64,000 bases of DNA from positions 7,316,001-7,380,000 of the forward strand of contig OZ176050.1 in assembly GCA_964247055.1 (NCBI GenBank), given 5' to 3'. The stretch's first letter is position 1, and each line of letters opens with the position of its first letter. This document shows, piece after piece, positions 1-15,201 of this stretch. The position numbers and the translations under genes are program-made. Source of the stretch: Paragordius varius (taxonomy: Eukaryota > Animalia > Nematomorpha). Under the pieces are notes generated by a model, which searched no databases, had not been told where the DNA came from, and saw only the letters and a program-made list of their open reading frames with translations.

Positions 1-7
1 AGTTTAT

Positions 8-327
8 GGGCGTGGAATCATCAACATTTTCTGATTAAATTATTTATGCAAATAAGTAATACTTTATTTCCATATTTTTTTAGTTTCATTTCAATATATA
101 TATATATATATATATATATTAGATTTTCAGACAAAAGAAAATTAATCTTATCAACCCAATAACGGATTTTTTTTAAAATAGAGAAACAATTTATCGTTAT
201 TTATAATGTCCATATATATATTGCAAGTGCAAAATTGGGCAGAGGGCGGAAAATCATCAGTATGTTTCTGATTAAATTATTTATGCAAATAAGTAATACT
301 TACATATCTTTTTAATTTCACTTTACA

Positions 328-367
<40 letters not shown>

Positions 368-421
368 TAGATTTTCAGACGGAAACAATTGATTATTGTT
401 ATTTTATTTGTCCATATATAT
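8..421. repeat. Diverged tandem duplication (about 230-bp period) containing (TA)n tracts
   Basis: TTCTGATTAAATTATTTATGCAAATAAGTAATACT occurs at ~30 and ~267, each copy followed by (TA)n, TTTAGATTTTCAGAC and GTCCATATAT. Confidence 0.8.
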
Positions 422-430
422 CTTTTGTCA

Positions 431-726
431 TACCACTTACAGTCTAAATTCACCCTTTAACAATTCAAATTCACACTTGACCAATTAAAATTCACCGTAA
501 AAAAACAATTAGGTGTTTTCGAACTAATATAACTCATTATTAATATGAAATATATATTTATGCATATATTATTTCAGTGTAATTTTAATTTTAAACATAA
601 TTTTATTTTTTTTAAATATGTTAAAATATAGGAAATTTTTAATTTTAGAAAACAAATAATTTATTTAAGGGTGAATTTGCATTCAAGGGTGAGTTTGAAA
701 TCAAGGGTGAATTTGAATAAATGGTA
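431..726. mobile_element. MITE with repeated subterminal AAATTCACCC motifs (TA-flanked, probably Tc1/mariner-like)
   Basis: Left end TACCACTTACAGTCTAAATTCACCC with further AAATTCAC copies; right end has three GGGTGA(A/G)TTTG copies then AATAAATGGTA. A related copy lies at ~4645-4864. Confidence 0.55.
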
Positions 727-1140
727 TATATTTTTAAAAAAAATTATTATCGATAATGTCAAAAGATGAAATTGACATTTTATATGCTAACCGAAGATTA
801 ATGCGTGTTAAAATCATGTAATAGGTTGTAAAACAACGAACGGTTTCATAAATTTTCCTAATTTTTATACGTTGTAAACTTTATTTTTGCTTTAATTTTT
901 ATAATTGGCCTGTGTGTAATATTTTTATCTTATATTTTTCAAAACACGATATAATTATTTCAAAAATAGCTTGATTGTAATCCAATTTACTTTTTGTGTT
1001 TAAAAAATAAATGGTAATAATTAGTTGTGTATAGATTTACAAAATTGACAAAAAATTATATTTAACCAAAAACAATTGGGAAGAAAATTATTTTTGCAAA
1101 CTGTTGCGGTTCCAATAAACCTTATCACAAAAATATTTAC

Positions 1141-4100
1141 CATTGAAAAGATTTAAAGTCCAAACGTAAATGTAATATCCTGAATCCATTTCCTCGTCTG
1201 ATCCATTAATGTTATTCAATCCTGGTTGAACGCTAAAAAATACAAAAATTAGATATATTCCCACAAAATGCAAAAGATCAATTTTTTAAAACGACATCTT
1301 CACTTTTCAAACGCTGATTATGTTTAGTATAACTTCTGTTACAAAATAAGGCATACATAGAGATGTAAATTAATAACTTATAATTATGACAATTCTAATC
1401 ATAAAGGGTAAAAAATTAAGGTTGAGAAACTGTTGCTGACTGTAAAATTTTTGTCTTTTCGTTTTTACGTTTTTTATCTTTTTAATATCAATTTTAAATG
1501 GTGCATTTCGTGGGGTAATGATTTAAAATTTTATAACAGAAATATTGATTAATTAAAAAATTTAGTAAACTACTTTTGTGGAGAAGAATCGAGAAAAACG
1601 ACAAGTACAATATAATAATCGACATTTTGGGTTAAATTGCTCAACATATTCATGTATAGTGGATCATTGCGTTTTTGAAACATGGCGTCAGGTTCAAAAA
1701 CATGTAATAGCTTAATATATGCCTGTTTCTATAAAATATATAAATAAATGTTGAAATGTAAACATATGAAACTCATTTATATATATAGTAAGAATATACA
1801 ATAAAAAAGTAATAAGTAACTAATGTTTTTTATATAAAGAACAATATTTTTCGTTTTGGAATAAACTAACTGTACGATTATAATTGTAAATAATAGTAAA
1901 AACGATTGGTTATATTTAGAAAATAGTATCAAAAAATATATTTTTCTTTATAATTTATTTTACTTTTCATTTATCAATTTAATCTTTACTGTAGTAAAAA
2001 TGATACCATTTCACAAAATTTAAACATATAAAAAATTACAAGGTTTGGAATAAACGTCTGGAGATTGAGTTGGGCAAATGCTTGTAAATTCTGTAAAAAA
2101 ACCGAATAAAACAATTATAAAGCAATAAAATATATTATTATATAAGAGTAAACTATGATATTACAGCATTTGCAAGATTTTGATCAGGATTTGAAGATAA
2201 ATGCAAGAAAGTCACATCAAACGAATTAGGATCCATCCTCGCAAAATTTATACTGAATCTAACACATATTAATGATTTTAAGAAAAAAAATTTTAAATCA
2301 AATTTACACTTTACTAATTGACTTTTATAAAACAATATTCTGTATAAAATGAAACAGGCCAAAAAAATTAGAGTTTATAGACCTAGTTTACTTAAAACAG
2401 ACATTTTTGGCCTATTTTCCTTAACCGCTTATTTTAGTATAATATTTAAAAATAATTAAATAATTTTTTTACCATTAAAATATGATTTGTCTTGATTGTG
2501 GGATTTCGCGTTTTAAGAATTTTGAGTTATAAATTTAGAAAAACCAAAAAAATTATCATATAATAATAATTTGATATAATTGGATGTCATTAAAGTTAAA
2601 TTAACATTAGTGATTCCAGGTTTAAAAATATTTTTGATTTATTTAATTTCATTTTTTCAGGCGACAAAAAAATATTTTTGGAAAAAGTGTTATGTATTCT
2701 TTCGGTTGCAATTAAAGACTACAAAGGTTGCTTTTATTTTACATAAAACAATATATTCTGTTTTTCTTTACTTCATGTCACATAGTTTTAAATGAATAAT
2801 TTCAAGCGAATCAAAAAATGGTAAATATTATATATATATGCAATGAATTAAAACATCATACATATTTTTTTGTGATAAATGGTTTATATTATTGCCATCG
2901 TTGTTAATATATATTGGAGGTAGCCAAATATACATAAAGGGTATTTTATTAGCTTTGTCATCAGAAATTTTATCATCATTGCTATTATCTTGGGTGGGCG
3001 AGGGAAATTTTTGAACAAACAGTTGGGAAAGTCCACCAGAATATCCCAGCGGTCCTAACGATTCCATTCTCCATATAATGCATTCTCTGGAAAAAATTAT
3101 TTATATATAAAAATGTGTAAAATAACTCTAAATTAAAACCACATTTAATCTATATATTTATAAAAAAAACTTCTCCCAATCACATGACTAAAAAGTGTGT
3201 GTGCAATAAATCTAATTTGAAAAAAAATATCTCTAAAAATTATGTCAAATTAAAATTTCCCAAATATATAATTAATTTTTTCCGCAATCATCAACTAAAA
3301 ACGTGTAAAAAATAAATCTTATCAAATTTAAATGTTTTGTCTAATTTTGTTAATGTTTTAAACTAAAATATAAGAATATTAATATAAGTAAAATAAAACG
3401 GCAAAACGTAAATAAGCATATTTTTCCATAAAAAGACCATTATTTTATAAACTTTGATTTTTATTTATTGAACTTTTAGATTTGGGTAGCAAAATTAAAA
3501 AAGGGATGTACTAAATTGATAGCAAACCCATTATATGTTTTATTGTATTTAAACTTATAAAGGATAAAAATCAAGTATCAAAAAGTATGGTTGTTTTTAG
3601 GTGTGTGTAAAAAATATTAGTCAACTTTTAATTTTAACATTTTTTTGCTTTGGAATTTCTGTAAAATTAAATGAAAATAAAAAATCATACTTTTCAGAAG
3701 CACTCAATAATAAAGGGAGCGTGGGATGGGAAATAAGTGCATTGATTTTGCTTGTGTGCCCATAAACTTGAGCTTTTAGTTCGGTGTTTAAAATGCGCGG
3801 TATTTCCGATTCCTTGGCCATGTAATTTATCTTATTTTTAATATAAAATGTATAAATTAAAATTATAATATTAGCAGAGTGAACAAGCTCTCCGATCCAA
3901 AAAAAATGTGATTTTAACGCCATATAGAAAATTAAGTGCAAAAATATGTGCCAAACACCTGACACTACCGTATTCTGGGTAGATTTTTATATTAATAATA
4001 TTTTCATCTAGAAATATAATGGGTATCGTGGAATACGTTTTGGGAAAATATTATTTGTGACATGAAAATTAACAGAAAATATTGAGTCAAATTTGAAAAA

Positions 4101-7100
4101 ATTTAGGCGATTAAAATATTTTTAATATCGCTAGTCATGCATGCACAACCATGTATAGATTAACCGTAAAAAAAATAAAACCAAAACTTTTTTTTCTTAA
4201 ATTTATCCTACTCTCTAACCTTTATTATAATTGAAATCAATATTTTATGCCCGCTGAAACTGATGAGTTATGTTAAAAAAATTAATTTCTATTTATCATA
4301 ACATTTTATTATATATTGTATTTTTTTAAAAAAAATTTTATATAAATAAAATAAAATGCAATTACCATCCAAAGTGAAAGTGTTCCCTGACCTGTGCAAT
4401 GGACAGCATAAAGGGGAAAATTATCGAAATAAGTTTGACTCCAAACTTCAGTCTCTAAATGAATGATGGGAGTATCGGATTGCAATGGACTAAAAGATTT
4501 ATAATACAAATGAATTAGATATTAAATTTATGGTCAAAAATAAAATTATAAATATAAGAAAAGAAGAACTAAATGACAATTATTTTCATATAAAAAGATA
4601 ACAATATTATTTGATCCATAATATTATATATATATATATATATATTATTTACAAATCAAATTCACCCTAAATATAAATGTGTTTTCAGGCTATATAACTC
4701 ATCATTAGAAATATGTCTTTATGGCTATGTTTATTATTTTTCAGTATTATTTTAATTGCAAAAAATTCAATTTTTAAAAATATAAAAAAATATAGGTAAT
4801 ATTTATGAAAGCACATAATTTATTTTAAGGTGAATTTGTGTTGTTCAAGGGTGAATTTGAAGTATATATATAAATTTATTTCCAGTTTACATATATTCAT
4901 TTTGAGTAAAGATACGTGCATAACATAAATTTGTTAAAAAGTATAATTGTCTTTTTAGCAAATTTGTCTTTTAGTTGATACTTTTTATCTGTAGTCTGTA
5001 CAATCTCAAGATATATAAATGTATATACTGTCATTATTATACTAAGAATATAAATAACAAGACAACATATTTAATTACAGATAATATTAAAAAAGTAAGG
5101 TAAGTAAATATACGTATTTGAAAGAGGGTGTTGATCATTTATAGAAGTTAATTTTTTGATATGGTCCATAAGTAAAAGTGAATGATCAGCAAATAGCAAA
5201 CTCCGCCCGCTTTCTGAGAAATTTGCCGTTTCCTTTGTTTGAACCAAAAGTTTTCGATGTATACCACAATCTTCTATATAGCAAAATAATAATTATAACA
5301 TTATAACCACAAAATATAAAAAGTAACAAAATAAATATTTTGTCTAATAAAAAAGTAAGAAAATGATATTTTTTGAAAACCATAATTTTCCAAAACTAAT
5401 TAATTACAATTTTGTGAATAATCGAATTGAGTATTTTACCAATTTAAAATTCTGTTCCTTATTTAGCAACGGAAAATGATGAATTATATCAAAAAATCAA
5501 AGTTTAAAATATGGCAAATATTCTATTACATTATTCGTTGCTTTTATAATTATTTTAATTTAAAAATATATTTTTTATGTGGTGGATTAGTAATTTTAAC
5601 TATTATTGCGAGTTAAAAAAAATAATCGTTTAATGTAACAGTAAATATTAAATAAATTTTTAAAAAATAATATTATTAAATTATTCATATTTTTTCAAAA
5701 ATGTCAAAATAATTTATAAAGAAAATTATACTCGGCATCATAGCTTGTACCATGTTGGTCACTAAGGTAATTTTGGGTTGATTCAACAATCCAGATATCG
5801 TTTGACAGTCTAACCATTCGATTTTCCTATAAAAAAGTTATTATAGATTTCAAAACCTGTTTGCGCAAAAAAATGTGTTAGCTTATGTAAAAATACATAA
5901 TGATTTAAATTTCCCACCTAGCAGTATACAAAAAGTAATACATATACTACACAATAGTTTCAATTCATTGATTGGGTAAAATTAGCAAAAAAATTAACTT
6001 TTATATTTATTTGAACAGTTTTAAATAGCGTAACAAGCTAATTTATTATAGATTTTAGATCGTTATAGATGTAATAAAAATTGTAATATAAAATATATAT
6101 TTTTTGAAAACAGCCATACTTTTAAATTAATACAACCTATTATTTCGGGTTTGTTTTATGTAAATTGACATTCTCATTATTTATAAAAGGGAAAGTATGG
6201 CCATTTAAACGTTTAGTTTTTACTGTTTTAATTTCCTATATTTTTCTTTGAGTGTGTAAAAATTGTAATAATAAAATATACCAAATAAGCAAATCTCTGG
6301 ATTGAGGATGTATTGCATAAAGCAAATCAACACTTTTATGCCAATCGCGAAGTAATAATTCAATTTCGTGAATGACCTGCTTATCAAGGACAAAAGCTGA
6401 CTTCCCATTCTCATCATACTGCATCAAATATTATAAATAATTATATATAAACATTTATTTCTCAACATTTTTTAAATATTTATCAAAAACCTTTTTAACC
6501 AAACTCGAATCTTTGTGAGCTCAATTTTCCAATTAAACTCCATACTTTACTAATCAAATTGAAAGTTTTGTCAATCGATCTCAATACTTTTTTCAAAACT
6601 AATACTTTTCAATCAATATCAATACTTTTTAACGCTCACTTTATTCCAATATTAATAATCATATTTTTTAAGCATTAAAATGTCTTGAAAATCACTGAAT
6701 CTTGGAATTATCTTTATTAATATATAATTTAATTGAAAATAAATATTATAAAGTTTTTGTTCAAAAAAGCAAAGGTTATAATAAATACACCAAAAACAAA
6801 TTTAGATTAAATATTTTGATTATAAAATAATAATCTAGGACAATCACAGATGTTCAAATTTTATTATTAATAAAGCTGTTAATCGAAAATAAATGATGAG
6901 TTGGAATGAAAAAGGCTAATTGTCCAAAGTTTAGGGTTAAACAATCAAACCTCTTTTTGTCAAAAATATGTGATCATACAAAAATAATATATAAAATAAG
7001 AAGTATGATTATTCTATTGATTGGTCCAAAAAAGTGTGCAAAAATGCGCTTGGTAAAAAGTTTTCTAAGATAAAAATAGCTAATATTTTAAAGATGCACT

Positions 7101-8836
7101 CAAAAAATAAAAAAACATTTCAAACATTCAAAATAAATATATGAATTCACTAAAAAAAAGAAATAACAAATATACTCGCCGCACACAAAAAAGAGGTGTG
7201 ATTGTATAATAAAAATAATGTTTTTTAAGGGTAAAAAAAATTTGTTTTAATAAAATTACTATGTCCTCATTGGAAGCATTCAATGAATAATTTGTTGAAT
7301 GACCATTCCGTGGCCCCGGTTGACCTCCGCCATTTGAAATGGTTGAATCAAACGATGCCGATTTCGAGAGAGTTCTTACATTATCTTAATAAATATTAGT
7401 AAAAAAGAACAAAATTTAATTTTTAAAAAATATACAACAGAAAAAATTAAAATTATAAAGTATATAAAATATAAGAGACTTTATTTTTAAAAAAAAGAAA
7501 ACCTATTTTTTAACCCAACTATTGTTTTGGGTTGCGAAATAAGCGAACAATAAAGAGGTAGATTGGTATCCACTCAGATAATTATATTATAGATATGTAA
7601 TGAGGATTTCATAACAAAAATCAAGAATATCAATATAAAAAATATTAGTCTTATAATTTTTGTCTTTATGATAAAAAAATTTACTGTAAACCTCTATTCT
7701 TCATTTTACCCCCAAACGAGAGATTATATAAAATATGGTTTAATAAAAATAAAATTAGTTTTTACATAATACTATTAAAATCATCACTTTCCAAATTTCA
7801 TATAAAAAAATAGTGTTTGTAGCGGATTTTACTTTCATAACTATTTATTATGGATGCAACTTGGTGATGATCTGTATCGTGGGTCATCTCTGCTCTGCCC
7901 TTTTTGGCTTCAGAAGAACCCTGAGTGTTAACATCAGTTGATCGATTCATAAGTAATAGGAGGATGCGTTCACTTCTCAGCGTGAAATGAAATTCCTTAT
8001 TGTTTAGCCAATGAGGTACGATAGGACAGGGTGAGCTATAATTTTCTTGGTTTGGATTGAGTTTCAACACATCTACACAACAGTAAAGACAAATTGTAAT
8101 AAAATATACTAAAAGACAAATATTTAAAAGAGACAGTCGTAAACTCGGATGCAAAATAAGAAGAGTAATGTAAATTGGTAACAAACACGTTCAAAGAAAA
8201 AAATCAAAGTTTTAAAATATATTTGTCTTTTCTGTCAAATATTTGTCATTATATTTTTATCTTTTTTATGTATAATTTCGATTTTTAATGCCTATTAGTA
8301 AATAGTAAATCCCCCTCAAATGAATATGGAAATATATGGTTTAATGTCCGCACCATGATTCTTTTGAGATAATATTCAGTTTTTTTGACCATACATAATA
8401 TTAAGTTAACCGATAAATTTGAAAAATAAATAAGTTTAAATTTTGGCCACAATCAAATAAGTTTGTGTAAAGCCATCTTCAAAAAATTATGATCTACTGT
8501 CCCAGATCGTGCAAATAGAAAATTTACAGTATGATAAAAAAATACCCTTTTCAACGCGTTGAGGATCAAGTTTGCAAACCATAATGAATTGAAAGCCCAA
8601 ATGAGTATTAGAATTTTGTGAATTATTTCCAGTTGGCTTATTTGTAAAAGTTGGTTGATCCAATTCATCATCTGGAGTATATTAAAAATATATTTTAAAA
8701 TTAAGAAATTACAAAATTCCAATATATAAAACCTTTTGTAAAATAAGTTTTATTCTAAAAAACGCAACTTAAAAAGTAAAATAAACATTTGTAGTTTTGT
8801 TATAATTTTTTAAAAGCCTATATTGAGGGTGGTTGG

Positions 8837-8867
<31 letters not shown>

Positions 8868-11800
8868 AGATTTTCATAATACTTTATAAACCCGCATTTA
8901 ACCCTAATCATAATCCTAATTTAAGATGCAAATATATGGACTTTGTATTATGAAAGATAATATTTATAATGTTTTACTTTATAATTTTATAAGTCTCACA
9001 TATTTTACGCTTTTTGTCTAAGATTTTACAGTATGTATTTAATAAGTGTACCATTTATGAAAGGAGGATGAGAATGTTGATTATGTGTTCCCAATTTACT
9101 CGCCAATTCTTTTCCAACATGTGATCGGCAAAATTCGATGGAATGTATTTTTTGTCTAACATGGAAATAAATCATAAACAAAAAGTAAATGAATAAACTT
9201 TATTTTATAAGGACAAAATCAAACTTTTAAACGTTGAGTCATTTAATATAACCTAGCCTAAAGAAAGAAAAATGTAGATTGGCAAAACTCTCAATTTATT
9301 TCACATTGAATCGAAGATCACAAAAAATAAATATTTGATAAACTTAAAATTATATACTTGAAATGTTTAAAATGCTTTAAAATGTTAAGTTTATGATGGG
9401 ATGATTGTGAGCCAGGCTTATCAATTCCATTAGTTGCGTGATAAATCGGGGACATAACATTGTTTTGCATTGTTGTTTCATCTAAGAACATAAAAATTTG
9501 TTTCCCAAATACAAAAAATATTTAAACTACATTTTTTTACATTTACAGTAAAAAATAAAATTATAAAGATAAACTTTGAAATTGAAAAGATATAGATAAA
9601 TACTTTTTGCATAAAGAAAACGCTCTTTTTATGCTATCACCAATTTATCTAAATCTTTATTTTACAACCCAAAGAGATAAGTCAAAAAAGGGTAAAATTA
9701 TATGGGTATCCTGAAAACAAAATTTATTTTTTATTGCACTAAATTTTTACCAGTCGTATCAATGATTGGTGAACTTTTGTATTGATTTGCTTCGAAATTT
9801 GCGATAGTGTGTACATTTCGTTTAAGTTTATGATTCTTATTTTCGCGGCCATTCAAAGGATTCCCATTAATATCAATGCTTAAATTTGATCGGTGCACAT
9901 TATTTGCATCTTAATACGTTAAAATAAAAAAATTATTGAAATTTTAGAGGAGAAAAACGCAAAAACTAAATGACTAGTCTAAAATCTTTATGAAGACAAT
10001 CATATTTTGTAAATCTTGATTTTTTACATGTAACCTATTGTTTGGTTAGAAATAAGGTAGAGATATGTTCATTGGAACTCTATTGTATTCAAGGGTATTA
10101 TGTAAGTCAAGATGTCAAATATATTGTATTTCCCTAATAACATTAATATTAATATCCTGTCTTTTGTCTTTCTTTACGTTTTTACTTTTATTTTTATTTT
10201 AAATAAAAATTGAAAAAATAATAAAAATCGGATTACCATTTTGATTATAGGATTTCGCTGATTCTTGAGTCGATTCTTGGCGCCAAACTCTAATAAATCC
10301 ATCAACACTCGTGCTCATTAAGCAATTAGCAACTGTACCTCTGAAAAATGCCAACATTATAATAATTAAATTAAAATATCATAAAGAACAAAACCTAATA
10401 ACCGGACAAAAAGAAATAAATAGCATTTTAAAATATATTTATAAATTTTTATACCTCATCGTTTTCATACAATATTTTAATTTTGTATTAGTTATTTTTT
10501 ATTTTCATTCGATGTGATTAAGTTAAATGTATCTAACGAAAGTTTATTAATGATTCATCATTAACTTTGCTGATATTTGCGAAATTATTCCAAAAATTAT
10601 TTCAACCCAATCGATTATCATTTATTTATAAAAAAGAATAAGTGTAAAATATTTTGTAAAGTAATAGAAAGGCCAAGCCCTGTAATTTTCATAAAGTCAA
10701 TCAACCATATTTTAAAATCCTAAATTAGTGGTTATGAAAATTATATTTAAGGGTATCTTAAGCCCATTATAACGACAAGATTTATTTACAAATGGATTTT
10801 AATAAATCTTTGGCTTTTGAGAATGACTAAATTTTTTTACCGGCTCTTTACTGAAATATTTGTATTTTAGGAATTTTAGGCCTTATTTTAATATTGTGGA
10901 ATCAATCATGAAAAAATATATGATAAGTTTTATAAAATAAATACTCTGGCATGTAATGACTAGTTTGTCTCCATTCAAAAAATAAAACAGGTGAGGGGTG
11001 TTGCAAAGAAACGGAATCAAATCCTATAAAAAAAATAAGTCATTTATCCCAAAGAAATAATTGATATAAATTTATATTTAATTAAATTAATTGATTATCC
11101 CAAAAAATATTAATAATAAATTCATTTTTATTTTAAAAAAAAGTTAATCGAAAAAAATAATTGATGACAACATTGATATTTATGAAAAATTAATTATTTT
11201 TACCTAAATTAGGGACGGCATACCAAATATGGATACTTGATTCATCCTAAGATTTTCATAAAGATATTTAACATTAAAATTACCAAAATTTAAGTCCATT
11301 TAATTACATTTTAAAAAATTTTTATCCAAAAAAAATTTTTGTAGGTTATTTGAGAATAAATTTTTTATAACATAATTTCTTTTTTTATAACATAGTATTG
11401 TCAAACATTTTTAAAATCATGAAAGATATGAATGTATTTTTAAAACTGCTTTTGTATTAATATAATATTTAAAATAATCTATTTTATATAAGGCAAATCT
11501 CATAATATTATATTTTTTAAAATTCCGTAACATGAATTTTAAAATTTAGAAAAAAATTGAGTAGAACGGAAAAAATACAAATTATATTATAAACGCTTAT
11601 CTAATTCTTAATTACAGATGCATTTTAATGGTTGCTTATTTCACACCATAGTTGGGCAATTTGCAACACAGGAGTGTATGAAAAAAAGAAAAGGAAATAA
11701 TTATATATTCAACATTTTGTTGTTTTTTCCATACATTACTGTGTTGTAAATTGCCCTAAGTGTGAAATAAGCAACCATTAAAATGCATAATGTATAAATC

Positions 11801-14800
11801 AATTAAATCTAGAAACAGTATGGTGAAAAAAGATAAACCTTGCTACGAGAAGCAAAAAATTGGCCGTCCGGAGAAAATTCGATATGTGTCACATTGTTTG
11901 GGATACTAGAAAAGAAACAGTAATGAGCAAATTTAAAAAGATAAAAAATATTATCTATGTTTATAAAACATAATATTTTATACTTATTTTTTCTAAACTA
12001 CCTATGCTATATGATTACAAATGTCGGTTATCAATTTACATCTCTATAAATTTTGCAACTCAAAACGATGGGTAAAAACCAATAAATGCATGGCTTTTTT
12101 ATAAAAATATATTAACTTTTAACTATAAATGTATGGTGTATAATATGTAATGTTGTTTTACTGTTAAATAAGACAAACCGCTCAATTAATAAAGAATTAA
12201 AAGTTTTTAGTTAAAATTGTTAAATTACTTGACTTTTTCCCAAGTTTGACACCAATTTTGTTTAATTGATTTGTCGCCATTTTTAACGATTGATTGTTCA
12301 GTTTCATTATCTATATAAATACATTGATTGTATATAAAAAAAAAATGCCGTAAAAATTTTGAATGCAAACCTTCTCCAATCATAAAATCGGATTCCTCAG
12401 TATCTGGCACCGAATCTGATCTTAATTCCCAGAGCGTTAAAGCTATAACATATTAATAATTTCATAGAGTTAAGTGAAAGCAAAACTACTTTTAAAAAAT
12501 CAAAATAATTTTTAATAAATATATTATAACCCTTATTATATCCTTATAGCCAAATATAGTCATAAGTCAATATCAATATTAAAAATTATATTAATACGAA
12601 TTTTGTAGTTGTACGAAAAAATCCAAATGTATATATAAATTTTAAAAGATACAATAAATTATTAAATGGTTAACATAAAGTATAATTTTAAGATTTTAAA
12701 GCGTGTAAGTTACTAAGCAAAAACTTTAAGTATTTTTATAAGGCATAACGCCAAATTACACATCCCAATTGTAATATCTATCAAAAACTAATTAATTTAT
12801 TGACAAAATAATAAATTTTAACATTAACTTTAAAATGTTAATGTAATTTTTTTGATAAATTTCTTATTTTTTAGCAAAATTACCTGAGCCGGCTGCTAAA
12901 AACTTGTTTTTATAGAGAGAAATGGTAAAAACAAACAGATTGAGAGGCACAACTTGTGAAAATTTCCATGAAAACTGATAATTTGATTGATTCTAAAATG
13001 TTCATATTATTCATCATTAATAAAGCATTAATTTATCATTGTATAAAAAACAATATAAATTTTGACAAAAAAATTCGTACTTTTATGGTAGGAGTTTGGT
13101 GCAAAACATCCAAAATACAAATAATTGATCCATATGATACGACAATCTAAGTAAAAGGCAAAAGATAGAATGTTAAAGCTCATTTGTTTTATTAAAAAAC
13201 CATATATTTTGATCCGTGTTTTTCTAGCCAAAATGTTTAAAACCTCAGAGAAAAGAAAATTTAGTATGTTATCAATTCAAATTTTTATCCCTGCTTTCGT
13301 TAATAACATTAAGTTATATTGAAAAAATCAAGGAGCTAATATGTTATTCATTCAAAAATATATTTGTCTTCTACTTAACGATTTTAATTTTTATGCATTT
13401 TTTTCAAATTCCTATGCAGTAGCGAGCTATTGTTGGCTATTTAGGTTTTTAGCTTAAGTGGTACTTAATTTACAATGTTTTATATGACAATTTTCGGTTT
13501 TTTCAACAGTTTTGATAAATATAATAAAAATGAAAAATGGGAACAGACATTAAAATTAAACCAAAATGGTCAATAAGAGCTCTGGTTCTATATAAACGTG
13601 CATAATAATAAATCATATCAAATAAATTAAAACTTAAAACATATACATATATAAATCATTGAATAAGAGTAGATACAAATTTTGCTTATTATAGTGATAT
13701 ATTTAGTTTTGATAAATCATATCACAATCAAAGTCTATTCCAAAAAAAAGGTGAAAAACAAAATTATAGCAAGTTGATTTTGTCGGTATTTAGAGCCAAT
13801 CAATTAAATCACAATGTCATATTACTCATTTTACGCTAACAAATAATCAAATACGATTATATAAATCATTTAATCATCAAAATTTACAGTTCCATTTTCC
13901 TTGGAACAATCGAGACAAACAACATTTTGATGTTGGGTCTTTTTGGCGTCAGAAACAACTTGAATTTGATTGAAAGCTTTGTCCAGAATTATAACTTCAT
14001 TCCCCGAACCATATGCCTAATCAGAAATGTTATATTGTTAATAATTTGTTAAATAAACTTGTAAATTATGAAATTATGTAATTGTGTTAGGTAGGACAGT
14101 TGTGTCGTACTGATGAGTGCTAACAAGCACGAATCTACGATTACTATTAACGAAAGGGTTTCACATATTTTTTAATTTCTGTTAATAAGTATAGTTTTCA
14201 ATTAATTCTCTATTTAATTTCTTTATCATTATCTACGGGTTTAACAATTGTTATTACAGTTAAAATAATTATAACTTATAAAAATAAAAGTAATAACTCT
14301 ATATTCATATGATAAATTAAAAATTCCTTTTAGATATATTTTAATTTTGTCAACGGAGTTTAAATACCGCAATAATAAAAGATCCAGCGAATCGCAAAGT
14401 AACCGCATGTTAGAAATTATAGATTTTTATTACTAAACTATAACTATATAAATTAATTTTACTTTTTATCACATTGTAAAATAAATAACTGATGTAAAAA
14501 TGTGTAGTGATACAACACTTTTAGAAAAAAAATCATTTTGTAAAATTATTATAATTTTAGGGTCTAATTTAATCAAACATCTCTACATAAAGCGGTAAAC
14601 ATAAGAAACACAGTTTATATTTATAGGGTTATAATTAAAAATTACAATATAATATTCTAGGCTATAAGGTTGAGATAATGCGCACATATTTTTAATAATA
14701 AACTACTGACTCAAAAAGGGAAAAAGCGGGCGACAACGCTAAAAGGGAGGAAAATACTTACAAGATTTTTTTTAATATAAAACTTAATGAAAATGGCACA

Positions 14801-15144
14801 TATCTAAAATCAATATCATTATTACATTAATTTTATTGTAAAAACTATAATATATTTAAAAGTTATCAATTTGAAAATTATAAACGCCAAAAATTTGACA
14901 AATATCTTCTCCTATTAACAAACATACAAACGAATCATGCAAATTAAACATTTGAAGAATAATTTTATGCATCAAATAATATCATAAACAATGTGTTTTC
15001 CAAATTTATATAATATAAAAAAGTAGATTAATAAATTCGATTTTCTTTTAACCCCCACATCGGTATGAAAATCTATGCCTGGGGACATATATGCTCTTAA
15101 ATCATATTTTATATAAATTTTTAGACATTTATCTGAAACTTACA

Positions 15145-15201
<57 letters not shown>

